64,000 bases of DNA, taken from positions 93,868,001 through 93,932,000 of the forward strand of contig OX597814.1 of assembly GCA_951406725.2 (NCBI GenBank), given 5' to 3'. Shown here piece by piece: positions 1-11,800 of this stretch; position 1 is the stretch's first letter, and every line of letters starts with the position of its first letter. The DNA comes from Octopus vulgaris. Its lineage: Eukaryota. The notes beneath the pieces were generated by a model that had not been told where the DNA came from, did not search any database, and worked only from the letters and a program-made list of their open reading frames with translations. Both the position numbers and the translations under genes were made by a program.

Positions 1-559
1 TACATTTCTACAGGGAAATATATACATTTGTGTTTATAATATACAGATGTATGTATATCAAATGTTTAAACACACAAGTGATAAACCGACATAAGCCAGA
101 GTAAATCGAAATTTAAAACGTACATGTAGTCTGTCTCTCGGTTTAAACGAAATGTACGGGAAATTTTATACTACTTTTGTGAAACAACCAAAACAATTTT
201 AATAGGTTTTTCCACGACTGGTATCACGTCATTAATCACGGGATCCAGGATTTTTAAGCTCGGACATGCACCGAATATAAGTAGGGACACGAAGTTGGCG
301 ACATCGCCGAAACTCTTTATAATAACTTCTTTCGACATTTTCGTATAATCATTCGGATTTAAGTTCATTAAAAATGCAAATATAAATAGCAGGATTCAGT
401 TATCTTGTGTTATATTAAATAAACATACACACACACATACACTGACACTACTCAGTACAGCTGCACACACAAAATTCACGCGAACACATACACACACATG
501 CAATCCCAAATCCTTCCAAACATACATTCATACATCCACCTACCCACACAACAACAGCA

Positions 560-735
560 CTGATAAGCGGGTAAGATACGACGTCAAAATGAAAGCTCTC
601 TAGATTAGGCATCAACACATGGATAGACAACAACAAAGAAACAACCACAATGCTACAGTGGTGATGAACAAGTCTGACTACTCGAAAAAACTGGCAAGTC
701 TTATAAGTGATGGTAGCTACAGCAAAGTAAATAAT
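560..735 (+). mobile_element. Decayed fragment of the N-terminal RT region of a Penelope-like element
   Basis: Manual translation gives NATVVMNKSDYSKKLASLISDGSYSKV, resembling the (DKG)-xxVVM-xxxDY motif upstream of PLE RT. Confidence 0.45.
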
Positions 736-834
736 TTGTTTTTTTCGTAAACTCTCCCTATATATATATATAGTTATGTACACGCACTCACACAGGACAC
801 CCAAGTACATACATACATGCATATATGTATATAT

Positions 835-1322
835 GTTAAAGAGACAGAACCACCTTGAAGCAACTCAAACAACGCTGAACGCATTGACTATGATAGAGAT
901 ATATAAGATTAACTTTTATCAAAATTAATATCTACAATTACTACTATTCTGAATGATATATTAAATTGAATTATTTAGACCAAATAACTTAATTTACTAT
1001 TTGACATAAATATCATGAAATTAGTATTAGCTTATCTCATTCTGTCTCGCAGAACCCCTCGGAACCTTTTGCGGAAGCCCGGTTGAGAAATGTTGCCCTA
1101 GGCCTTCAGGACACGAAATCGAAATTAGCCTTTTTGATTGTGGGTAAATGTAAATAATATCATTAACTGGATTTAGACCTAAATAATTTAATTTAATATA
1201 TGATTCAGAATAGTAATTGTAGATATTAATTTTGATAAAAGGTAATCTTATATATCACCATCGTAGATAGGGTCGTTCAGTGTTGTTTGAGTTGCTTGAA
1301 GGTGGTTCTGTCACTTAAACCT

Positions 1323-1325
<3 letters not shown>
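835..1325. repeat. Inverted repeat with ~150-bp arms, resembling outward-facing PLE-type 3' tails
   Basis: gacagaaccaccttgaagcaactcaaacaac (~843) is the reverse complement of gttgtttgagttgcttgaaggtggttctgtc (~1282-1312). Homology continues to ~985/~1178. The right arm ends in (TA)n. Confidence 0.75.
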
Positions 1326-1357
<32 letters not shown>

Positions 1358-1416
1358 ATACAGCGAGAAATTGAATTTCTCTCCACTGTGGACTCGGAAA
1401 TAATTTACCTAATATT

Positions 1417-1484
<68 letters not shown>

Positions 1485-1553
1485 ATATTGTTATATTTCG
1501 GAATGGTCATATTGCCAGTTTAAACGTACTATATATATATATATATATATATA

Positions 1554-2010
1554 GGCGCAGGAGTGGCTGTGTTGTAAGTAGCTTGTTTACCAACCACATG
1601 GTTCCGGGTTCAGTCCCACTGCGTGGCACCTTGGGCAAGTATCTTCTACTATAGCCTCGGGCCGACCAAAGCCTTGTGAGTGGATTTGGTAGACGGAAAC
1701 TGAAAGAAGCCTGTCGTATATATGTATACCAAATATATATATATATATATATCCACTACCAAATATATATATATATATATATATATATGCGTGTGTGTGT
1801 TTGTATGTGTGTGTTTGTCCCCCCAACATCGCTTAACAACCGATGCTGGTGTGTTTACGTCCCCGTCACTTAGCGGTTCGGCAAAAGAGACCGATAGAAT
1901 AAGTACTGGGCTTACAAAAGAATAAGTCCCGGGGTCGATTTGCTCGGCTAAAGGCGGTGCTCCAGCATGGCCGCAGTCAAATGACTGAAACAAGTAAAAG
2001 AGTAAAAGAG
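1554..2010 (+). mobile_element. tRNA-derived SINE (family A), full length
   Basis: A/B-box-like head (tggctgtgttg...ggttcagtccc), internal TA/TG microsatellite and tail ggcggtgctccagcatggccgcagtcaaatgactgaaac(aagtaaaag). Other copies at 15371, 15808 and 18135. Confidence 0.85.
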
Positions 2011-2478
2011 TATATATATATATATAGTCATTGTAAGCTGAGACGATAAGACGTGTTTTTACTCCTCTCTGCGCCGGTCAGCAGCAAGCTTCACAGCTAC
2101 ATTCGTCGTAATTGACCATCACATATATTCCTGTATATTTGAAACCACGCTTTTTCCCAACTCGTGAGTAGACTTTTCCTTAACCACAAACTATTTTCAT
2201 AATTTTCAAACGACCAAATATTTTCAAACACCTTCTGATAACTAAAGGATCACCCACACATTAAAAATTAGAAAAAGAGGGAAAAAAAAAAGAAAAGAAA
2301 GATAAAATAACTACAAGCTCATAATTCAAATACAAACTTCTCAGTATTACAACAAACATTCTGTACAATCAATTCTACATACTTCTCCTTAAAAAAAAAA
2401 TAATAATAATAATAATAATTAAAAGTAATCAACAAAACGAACGAACAAAATAAAATTTAATAAAACATATCAACCAGA

Positions 2479-5337
2479 ATGGCTAGCCACCAAAAATCCA
2501 ACAAAAACTGGTCTGATAATGAAGTCGACGTTCTTATCAACACATGGCATGGCCTTACCGAAACAGAGAGCATAGGTGCTTCGTGTCTGAACGAAATTGC
2601 TAAACGAACAGTTCACCATTTGCAAACTCGATCTGAACAGCAGATCCAAAATAAATTAGAACAAATCGAAGTTGCTTTTAAATTAATAAATAAACACTTC
2701 GATAAACTGAGATGTGTTTTCTCTTCGAACGCATCACCGGCGCAACAACAACAACAACAACCTCAACAACAACAAACTCAGCGGCAACAACAACAACAAC
2801 AGTTACAGCAACAACAACAACTTCAGCAGCAACAACCTCAGAGGCAACAACAACAACCTCAACAACAACAACAGGATGAACCACTCCTTGATTCATCTAC
2901 AATGGCCGATTTGCTAAATGAAACGATTGACCCCCCAGTCATCAGGGTCACACAGCAGGAAGCACCACCCCTTCCTTTCACTGCCCCAGCAGCTCAATCA
3001 TCATCATTGTCAACACCATCTCCTCTGCTTACTACTACTAGTACTACTCCCACTATATATCGACAAACATCTTTGTCTTGGAATCGACCTCCTCAATCAT
3101 TACCACCGTCAACATCTCTTCTACCTACTACTACTACTACTACTACAGCTACTACTACTAATGCTATCTCAAGGAATTTACCTCCTACAGGTCACAAAGG
3201 TCGCCAAAACTTCAAACTATCATCTACACCTTTCACAGCTCACACACACACACGCACCTACACACCCACTCGAAACCCCATCATTTGCCGATATTCTCTT
3301 CGCCATAGACTGTGCACTGATAGAGACTGCAAATTCACCCATTTACCTGGAACAAAACGCTCTATCCCCACAAACTACAACAGCAACCACCATAATACAA
3401 CATCACCACAACCACCAATATCTCAAACAAGGAATCCCCAAATCTGCCGCTATTCCCAGCGAGACAGATTGTGTTTGCACAGGGATTGCCCCTTTACCCA
3501 TCTCCCGGGGACTCGTCGGACATTTAAAGATAACCACTCACATAAAAATAGCCACGGCCACAGTCACCTGCGGTTCCCTAGACAGGAAACCACCTCTTCT
3601 TCCTCTTTTTTAGCTATAATGAATCTAGCAAAAGAACTGGAAAAAAAACATCCGAGCTATCACCCACCGCCATCCACCACTATTACCCCACTACACATGC
3701 CATTAAAAAGCAATCAAATTAACAAATCACCAAAACAATTAAAACCATCCACTCTCGCCTCAACATTTCTGCTTAATGCCCAAGGCATCAGCCCTTCCAC
3801 CAATACACAAAAATGGAAGATAAGATTCCTGGAGGACTGGGTCGAGGCCCATCCAAACCACATCCCTTTCTTCGTCCTCACTGAAACCCATCTTAGTGAC
3901 CTCCACTTGGAAGCCGAGGTGAAAGTTAAAAATTTCAAAACCATTCGTGCTGATCGTGTTGGCAGAAGAAAGGGTGGGACTGCCATTTATGTCCATGATT
4001 CATTCTCAACAGAAGCCATGAACATATTTTCGAATGGATACTGCGAAGCAGTCGCTGTATTCAGTCAAACCAACAACTTAACAGTAGTTGGGCTCTACAG
4101 ACCACCCCAAACGCCCCTACCATGCTTCAAGGAATGCCTCAACAGCATAAAGTGTTTCATTCAGCAGTGTCAACCTGACAACATTTTAATGATGGGAGAT
4201 TTCAACCTTCCCGGGGTTGACTGGTCTACAAACAGTCTGCCGCCAGGTTCTTCTCTCTCAACCCCTGACAGGGAGGCAGTGGAATCGCTTCTTGACTTCA
4301 TGGATGACTTCTTCTTGTCCCAACTGGTACTCGAACCAACGAGATGTCACAAAAACGTCTTAGACTTAATTTTCAGCAATCACACTGATACTATCCACAA
4401 TATTGCAGTGGAGAAAACCCTACTCTCCGACCATGACATGGTTCTCTGTGATCTGAGATTTCACTGGCCAAAATGCAAAACAAATGTCATCCCTCCTGTT
4501 CATCCATTTGACACTATGGATTTCCACAATGCAAACTGGGAAGCGATCAATAATGATCTTGCACAAGTCGATTGGTCCTTCACGCACACATACACACCCA
4601 CTAACATCAAAAAGTCCTGGCAGTCACTTGTAGACACCATCACGAACATATGTGCAAGACACACCCCATTAAGATCTGCAAACAAATCTAAGTGTCGAAT
4701 CCCTAGAAATAGAAAATCTCTCATAAGGAAAATTAAAAGAATCAACAAAAAGATCAACATGCTGAAATACTGTCAACAGCAACACACCAACCTGACTGCC
4801 ATCTCGTCGCTAGAGATTAAAAAACATAAACTCCAAAACAACATGATGTCTATCATCAATAGTCAGCGAAGAGCTGAAGAGGCCTGGGCCATTGAGAAGA
4901 TCAAACTCAATCCCAAAGTGTTCTTTTCATTTGCAAAAAAACACAGAGTCACTGGTTCTACTGTTGGCCCTCTGATTGATGAAAATGGTATTCTTCAAGA
5001 CAATGCCAAAACCATGGGAGAAATATTGCAGAAACAATATTGCTCTGTTTTCAGCAATCCTGATATGACTGATCTGGGCTGTATCAGTGATGTTACTCCC
5101 CAATACACTTTATCGGACATAACATTTGGCGCTCCTGATGTCTTAGCAGCAATAAAGGAAATGAAGCATAATTCAGCAGTAGGTCCCGATAGGTTCCCTG
5201 CTTGTGTCTTGAAGATGTGTCAAAACCAACTTGCACCCCCTCTAGCCAATCATTGGATGCTGGATATATACCAGAAGACCTTCTATCCCAGTCTGTTGTC
5301 CCAGTTTTCAAAAAAGGAAACAAATCGCTTGCCGTGA
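2479..5337 (+). CDS. LINE ORF1-like region (Myb/SANT-like N-terminus, polyQ, two CCCH fingers) in frame with APE endonuclease and the start of RT
   Basis: Motifs: WSDNEVDVLINTW; CRYSLRHRLCTDRDCKFTH and CRYSQRDRLCLHRDCPFTH; APE motifs LNAQGI, LTETHL, GLYRPP, MGDFN, LDLIF, SDH; GPDRFP. A frameshift occurs near 5250. Confidence 0.85.
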   Translation: MASHQKSNKNWSDNEVDVLINTWHGLTETESIGASCLNEIAKRTVHHLQTRSEQQIQNKLEQIEVAFKLINKHFDKLRCVFSSNASPAQQQQQQPQQQQTQRQQQQQQLQQQQQLQQQQPQRQQQQPQQQQQDEPLLDSSTMADLLNETIDPPVIRVTQQEAPPLPFTAPAAQSSSLSTPSPLLTTTSTTPTIYRQTSLSWNRPPQSLPPSTSLLPTTTTTTTATTTNAISRNLPPTGHKGRQNFKLSSTPFTAHTHTRTYTPTRNPIICRYSLRHRLCTDRDCKFTHLPGTKRSIPTNYNSNHHNTTSPQPPISQTRNPQICRYSQRDRLCLHRDCPFTHLPGTRRTFKDNHSHKNSHGHSHLRFPRQETTSSSSFLAIMNLAKELEKKHPSYHPPPSTTITPLHMPLKSNQINKSPKQLKPSTLASTFLLNAQGISPSTNTQKWKIRFLEDWVEAHPNHIPFFVLTETHLSDLHLEAEVKVKNFKTIRADRVGRRKGGTAIYVHDSFSTEAMNIFSNGYCEAVAVFSQTNNLTVVGLYRPPQTPLPCFKECLNSIKCFIQQCQPDNILMMGDFNLPGVDWSTNSLPPGSSLSTPDREAVESLLDFMDDFFLSQLVLEPTRCHKNVLDLIFSNHTDTIHNIAVEKTLLSDHDMVLCDLRFHWPKCKTNVIPPVHPFDTMDFHNANWEAINNDLAQVDWSFTHTYTPTNIKKSWQSLVDTITNICARHTPLRSANKSKCRIPRNRKSLIRKIKRINKKINMLKYCQQQHTNLTAISSLEIKKHKLQNNMMSIINSQRRAEEAWAIEKIKLNPKVFFSFAKKHRVTGSTVGPLIDENGILQDNAKTMGEILQKQYCSVFSNPDMTDLGCISDVTPQYTLSDITFGAPDVLAAIKEMKHNSAVGPDRFPACVLKMCQNQLAPPLANHWMLDIYQKTFYPSLLSQFSKKETNRLP

Positions 5338-6701
5338 ATTACCGTCCAATCTCACTCACCTCTCATATCATCAAGGTATTTGAGAGGGTGCTGAGATCGC
5401 GTATGACTCACTTCCTTGAGAGTCATAATATGCTGAACCCCAACCAGCATGGATTCCGTAATGGGAGAGATTGCCTGACGCAGCTACTGCATCATTTTGA
5501 TGACATTTTGAGAGCCTTGGGAGAGGGTTCCAACACTGATGTCATCTACCTTGATTTCAGCAAGGCCTTTGACAGGGTTGATCATAAGATCCTTCTGAGA
5601 AAGCTGTCCAATATTGGTGTCACTGGAAAGCTGCTGCAATGGATCAAGTGCTTCCTCTCTAACAGAACCCAACATGTTGTAGTCGAAGGAGTCAAATCCA
5701 GCCCAGCCAAAGTCAGCAGTGGTGTCCCACAAGGCACTGTGTTGGGCCCACTTCTCTTCATCATCTACATAAATGATATTACTGACACCATCAAACACAG
5801 CAACATCAGAACCTTCGCTGATGATTCCAAGCTCCAGAAGGTCATCAATAGCGTGGATGACCGAATAAACCTTCAGTCAGACCTACTAGCTGTTGTCCAA
5901 TGGGCGGAAAAGAATAACATGTTGCTAAATGAAGACAAATTCGAACTGATCCACTTTGGAAGGGAGGACGCTCTGAAACTCCCATACTCTCTTCCTTCTG
6001 GAGAAATTCTCATGGCATCCAACAACATCAGAGATCTGGGAGTAACAGTGGACAACAACATAAGCTGGGCTACACATATAAGCAGCAAAGTTGACATGGC
6101 CCGCAGAATGTGTTCCTGGATTCTCAGAACCTTCCAGTCGAGAGATTCCCACGCTATTATCCTTCTCTTCTCCACTTTTGCCCGACCCCACCTTGAATAC
6201 TGCTGTCCACTGTGGTCTCCCTACACAAAACAAAATATTATGAGAATTGAAGCTCCCCAAAGGTCAATCACAAAAAAGATAGATGGCATGTCAGACCTTG
6301 ACTACTGGGGTAGACTAGAGAAGCTGAAATTGTATTCACTCCAACGACGCCGTGAACGCTACATTATCTGTATGATGTGGAAAATATTCCATCAGCACTG
6401 TCCGAATGATGTTGGCATCACCTTCAAAATGCATCCAAGGCTTGGACCACGTGCCATCCGTCCACAACAAAAATCTAAATCGCATCACATAACGACAATA
6501 CGGCACAACTATTTCACCTCAATTGGACCCGCTCTCTTCAACATTACACCAGGACACGTCAAAAAAGAAACTGACCACACAAAATTCAAGAAGTCTTTGG
6601 ACAAATTCCTTCAAACAGTACCGGACAAACCATCCACACCCGGATATGTCTCCGCAAACAATAACTCTCTGCTCGAATGGGCCTTGGTGCCCAAATCCTG
6701 A
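5202..6701 (+). CDS. CR1-like reverse transcriptase, frameshifted continuation (true frame from ~5250)
   Basis: NYRPISLTS, YLDFSKAFDRV, GVPQGTVLGPLLF, FADD, EYCCPLWSP, RLEKLKLYSLQRRR. Confidence 0.92.
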   Translation: MCLEDVSKPTCTPSSQSLDAGYIPEDLLSQSVVPVFKKGNKSLAVNYRPISLTSHIIKVFERVLRSRMTHFLESHNMLNPNQHGFRNGRDCLTQLLHHFDDILRALGEGSNTDVIYLDFSKAFDRVDHKILLRKLSNIGVTGKLLQWIKCFLSNRTQHVVVEGVKSSPAKVSSGVPQGTVLGPLLFIIYINDITDTIKHSNIRTFADDSKLQKVINSVDDRINLQSDLLAVVQWAEKNNMLLNEDKFELIHFGREDALKLPYSLPSGEILMASNNIRDLGVTVDNNISWATHISSKVDMARRMCSWILRTFQSRDSHAIILLFSTFARPHLEYCCPLWSPYTKQNIMRIEAPQRSITKKIDGMSDLDYWGRLEKLKLYSLQRRRERYIICMMWKIFHQHCPNDVGITFKMHPRLGPRAIRPQQKSKSHHITTIRHNYFTSIGPALFNITPGHVKKETDHTKFKKSLDKFLQTVPDKPSTPGYVSANNNSLLEWALVPKS

Positions 6702-6787
6702 ACTGAAAGACTTCGCCAGGTGGTGCTATTAAGTTAGACATGGCCTGGGCCAATACTGGCCAAAAACCTTTCTAAGTTATTCTAAGT

Positions 6788-6951
<164 letters not shown>

Positions 6952-7146
6952 GCTGTAGGGAGAAATTACATACCATGCTTACATGAGAATTAACGACTTA
7001 GAGCAATTCTTTCTCAAACATTTTACACCTGCGTAACACTTGACATAAATTACACGCCTCAAGGAACCCCTGCACAAAAAATATTATATACCATATCTTT
7101 CTCATCGTAGTTCACGTGGTAAATATCCTATATACATACATACGCG

Positions 7147-7232
<86 letters not shown>

Positions 7233-8505
7233 GTATGCATATGCCCATATAATGTGCATATATACTAATATTACTATCATTAACATTAGCGTATCTCACT
7301 CTGTCTCGCAGGACTCCTCGGAATCTTTTGCGGAAGCCCTGTTGAGAAATGTTGCCCTAGGCCTTCAGTACAGGAAATCGAAATTAGTCTTTACATTGTG
7401 TGTAAATGTAAATAATATCATTTACTGGATTTTACTGCTCATTAAATACGGTTTATTAGTAAATACTTTAAATACGGTAACTGCTAGTTAAATTATTTAA
7501 CGTCAAACTTAAACTGATAAATAATCAGCAAAAGTGATGAATGAATAGTTTCGTTTTGATATTGTGAACATAAATTGAAGTAAATAATTACTGAATGTAA
7601 AGATGAAATCAATAACAATAACCAAAAAACAAACACAAATCACGTAATTGGATGCCATCAAGAAATATGGTTTAACTATTGTCAAATACGTTTAAAAAAT
7701 AGAAGCACTTAAATAATTGTATTATGATTGAAAATACTTAACTTGGATCGTTTTATATTCTCCCTTAATAAAGACTTACATCAGTAATTTTCTTGGGAAT
7801 ATAGATAGTGTTTTTAGTGTCGGTGGCAGTGGTGACAGAGGAAAAAATGATATGTCCAAGGCTGGAATAATTTCGGTAACCCGAATCAAAAACGACTTGA
7901 GGCTGAACAAAAACTACTATAACAATAATAGCAAGTAAAAAGAAGCCTCGATCTCTCAGAATGGTCTAATTGTATAGGGTCAATGGCAGTTTTCGAATTA
8001 GCTGCAAAAGATTGGAAAATATGCGTTTGAGTTTTGCGTGTGTGTATTTTTACGTGCGTATGTGTCAGTATATGTGCGTAGATGTACGCCTTAGTGGGCG
8101 TATTTATGCATTTGCGTGTGTGTAAGTGTATGCAAATAATCTTCGATACGTGAGTGACTGTAGTTTAAAGAAAGATAGGATGGGCTGCATAAGGATATAA
8201 ATAAATGATAGACTAACGCACTGAACTTCGGAACTAGCTGGAATTTGATTAAATGTGATATGCCGCTTGACGTAACAAACAGGTCACATGTTAAATTGTT
8301 TCATTGTAAAGGTAGCAGGTTGTGTATCAAACAGTTCATAACTTGTTGGTAATCTTTAAGTGTTCCTGTTCAATACTATACGTACACACACACATATATA
8401 CATGCATGAAAAGAATAAACAGGTGTGTCTCATTGTTTGAGTGTTATATACATATATATATATATATATAAAATCATCTTAGCATTTTCTATTTTTGACT
8501 TGTTT

Positions 8506-8546
<41 letters not shown>

Positions 8547-8727
8547 TAGCTAGCTAGCTAGATAGATAGATAGACAGATAACTTTTTATTGTAGCCACAC
8601 AGGGCTAAACACAGAATAAAAATGGACGAAATACAATGTAGATTTTTTTCTTTTCGAGGTGGGATGGGTGGGGCACAACCCCCCCCCTGATCAATAGGGA
8701 TCTGTGGGTTGTGTGGTGTATAAAAAG

Positions 8728-8782
<55 letters not shown>

Positions 8783-8878
8783 GTTCACAGTCTTGGAAAG
8801 TAAACCTACAAAAAAGACCAAGACAGTTCGAAAATGAACACATGAGTAAGTCGCCTTACTTCTCGTTGTCTCTTTTGG

Positions 8879-11800
8879 TTACAGATTTATGCTTGAAATA
8901 GTGTCGTCTTTCATACTGACCATTTTTGCCACTTTTACCCACTTTTTATTAAAACATTCGTTCGACAAAGCCTTCCTCTCTATTCTCATCCTCCTTTTCA
9001 AGTGGTATTTGAAAAAGTTGACGAGAGACTGACCAGAGAGGAAGGTGTTTGTTTGTAGTCCTTTCAAACGCGTCCACCACACACATTCTTTCGCCATAGC
9101 CATCAGCGTAACGAAAACCGTTTTCCCTTCCCGTTTAAAGGAAGGTGGTGGAACAATATACATGATAGACTCGGCCGATAGGCGGGCCCGACCTACACGT
9201 GACAACAGTTGTTCGACGAAGGTCCACAGCTCTGAAATATCTGGACACTGCACGAGTGTGGGCAGAACGGTTTCGTCGCTCTGACCGCATCTCGGGCAGG
9301 TCGGTCCGGTGATGGTTTTCGAACCGTGTCTGTAGCTCTTCTCTCGAACAGGTAGTGCGTCTCGATAGCACTGCCAAGCCAGGGATTTCTGGAAGTTATC
9401 CATAGGCCCCGGCACGAACGTCGTCCTGAACAGGCGGGTTAGGAATTTTTCGTCGACGCCCAGGTTTGCCCCGAGTGTGTCGTCGGACCTCCCATCCACT
9501 AGTCCTCTATAGAACGCTTTAGTCGTTTGTAAGTTGCACAAGTTTGACCCCGGTCGGCAGAGCTGCTGTAGAGCTTGGCGACACTCTCGGTGCCAATCGC
9601 CCAGTTTCGGTCTCTTCTTGATCCACGTTTGCAGTTCGGTCAGTGAGACGAGCTGCGGGAAGGCGCGCCTCAGAAACGGCGCCCACACCTGTTCACCGTC
9701 GTCGAAGAAGTTCCAGAGATGTCGCAGTATCAGCGCATGCCTGCGCATCATCAACCACGTCATGCCCAGTCCTCTATTCAACGGATGTTGACAGCAAATG
9801 GACTTCCTCACCATCGGAACGCCACCCTTCCACAGGAAGCGGAAGAATATGCGTTCCAGTTTGGTGATGGTGGCGTCGGGACAAGGTACGACGGTCAGGC
9901 GGTAATCGATGACGGATGCAATGTACGCGTTCGCCACCTCCGCCCGGCCTTTTAGAGACAGCTTTCTCTCGGCCCATGTTTGGCTGAGAGCGACCACTCT
10001 ATTCGTGATCTCGTCCCAGTTCTTATCCATTTGGAGGTCCGGACTGAACCAGACCCCGAGCAATTTAACCGGTCCGTCCGTCCAGCGTCCCGCTACTGAG
10101 CCGCAGTTGGACGGCATGGGCTTGCTTCTCCAGGTGCCGAGTAGCAAACCCACTGACTTTTCCGGGTTAACCTTCGCTCCCGTCACCGTTTCGTATTTTC
10201 TTAGTGTCTCGCCTATCATCTGGATGTGTTTGTCGCTCGACACTATGACGGTGACATCGTCCGCATATGCCGACACGCTCGTCTCGCAACCCAGTTCCCG
10301 TGAGATGCCCCTCAGTGTCGCCAACTTCCGCAGTAGCGGCTCGAGAGTCAATATATACAGAAGCGCCGACAGGTGACCGTTCACCCGAATCACCGATCGG
10401 AAGCCGCTATACAAGGCAGCGATCCAACCGCGGAAAACGGGACCGAAGCCAGCCGCCCTGAGGACGGCCGCCAAGCACCGATGGTCGACCCTATCGAAGG
10501 CTTTAGACTGATCCAAATTGATCAGCGCCCCACCCATGCCAGGATCCTTAACTACCCTGTCCACAATGTAGCGCATCAGATGGAGGTTGTCATGTATGGT
10601 TCTGCCCGGCACGGCGCATGTTTGCGCCCTGTCGACAAGTTTACCAATGACAAGCGCCAACCTTTCAGCTATTACTTTGGCCAAAATTTTCAAATCTGCG
10701 TTGAGCAGAGTGATGGGCCTGAAATTATCTATAAAATTCCCCTTGTTTGGGTCTTTCTTTAGCAACGTCACTGCACCTCGGCTCACGAAACCGGGGATTC
10801 TCCCGTTTTGTTGCCAGTTACAGTAGACTGATGCCAAGAGGTCGCCAAACAAGTCTGGCATTTTACAATACAGCTCGTAGGGTAAACCATCCAATCCAGG
10901 CGACTTATCCCTCGCGCAGCCCGCCATCGCATCCCGCACGTCAGCGGCTGTGATGGCACTTTCACAACACTCCGCTTCTCTTGCCGAGAGCCGCGGCAGG
11001 TCGGTCAAGTAGGCACTGAAATCCATCCCGCGTTCCGACCCACCACTCGCACCAAACAGTCGAGCAAATTGCTGTTGAAAGGCCTCACACATCCTTTCGG
11101 GTTCGAGTAAACTGCATCCCTGTTGATCTATTAGAGACCGAATGGTGGCTCTGTTGCCACGCTGCGCCTCCGCTACCCGGGCCTCTCGCGCAGCTTCGAT
11201 CCCTTCGTTCCTTAAGGCACGCATTTTAGCTCTGACGACGCAACCTTCGTGCTTGTCGTTGAGGTGTTGGTCGAGGGCCATCCTCGCAGCCAGCACGTTG
11301 GTTGCTCTGCCAGTGGTAAGTGACTCTTCTAGTTTCTTAACCAGGTCTCCCTCTTCTCTATTTCGATCTATCGCTAATTCCTTGCTAAACCTAATTGATT
11401 CCGATTTTATTGCCATTTTCAGGGCGTACCACCTGAAGCGGTCGTTAACGACGGCTCCCGTCAGCGCCCTCTTAATTAACTCGCTAATCCGGTTCCTGTA
11501 AACCTGTCGCGCTAAGAGCGACGTGTTCAGTTTCCAGTAACCGGGACCCTGTCTATGTGTCTTATCTAAGTCGAGCGTACACGTCACAAATTTGTGATCT
11601 GTGTAACTGACTATTTTAAATTGTGGACATCCTACACTATCCCTATCCGCTGTCCTGCATAGAATTCTATCTAGATAAGATCTCGACGATCCGACGCGGT
11701 TTGTCCAAGTCCACGTTGGCACGTTCGGATGGTCGAGTCGGAACCTGTCAGACAAATGGAAACGTCTGAGTCGGTCTTTGAGGCACTTACACCCCCTTCT

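Larger units (their letters stand above)
2027..6790 (+). mobile_element. Near full-length CR1-like LINE inserted in a (TA)n tract
   Basis: 5'UTR, ORF1-like region, APE and RT, 3' tandem tail (TTCTAAGTTA)2, and (TA)n on both flanks. Confidence 0.9.
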
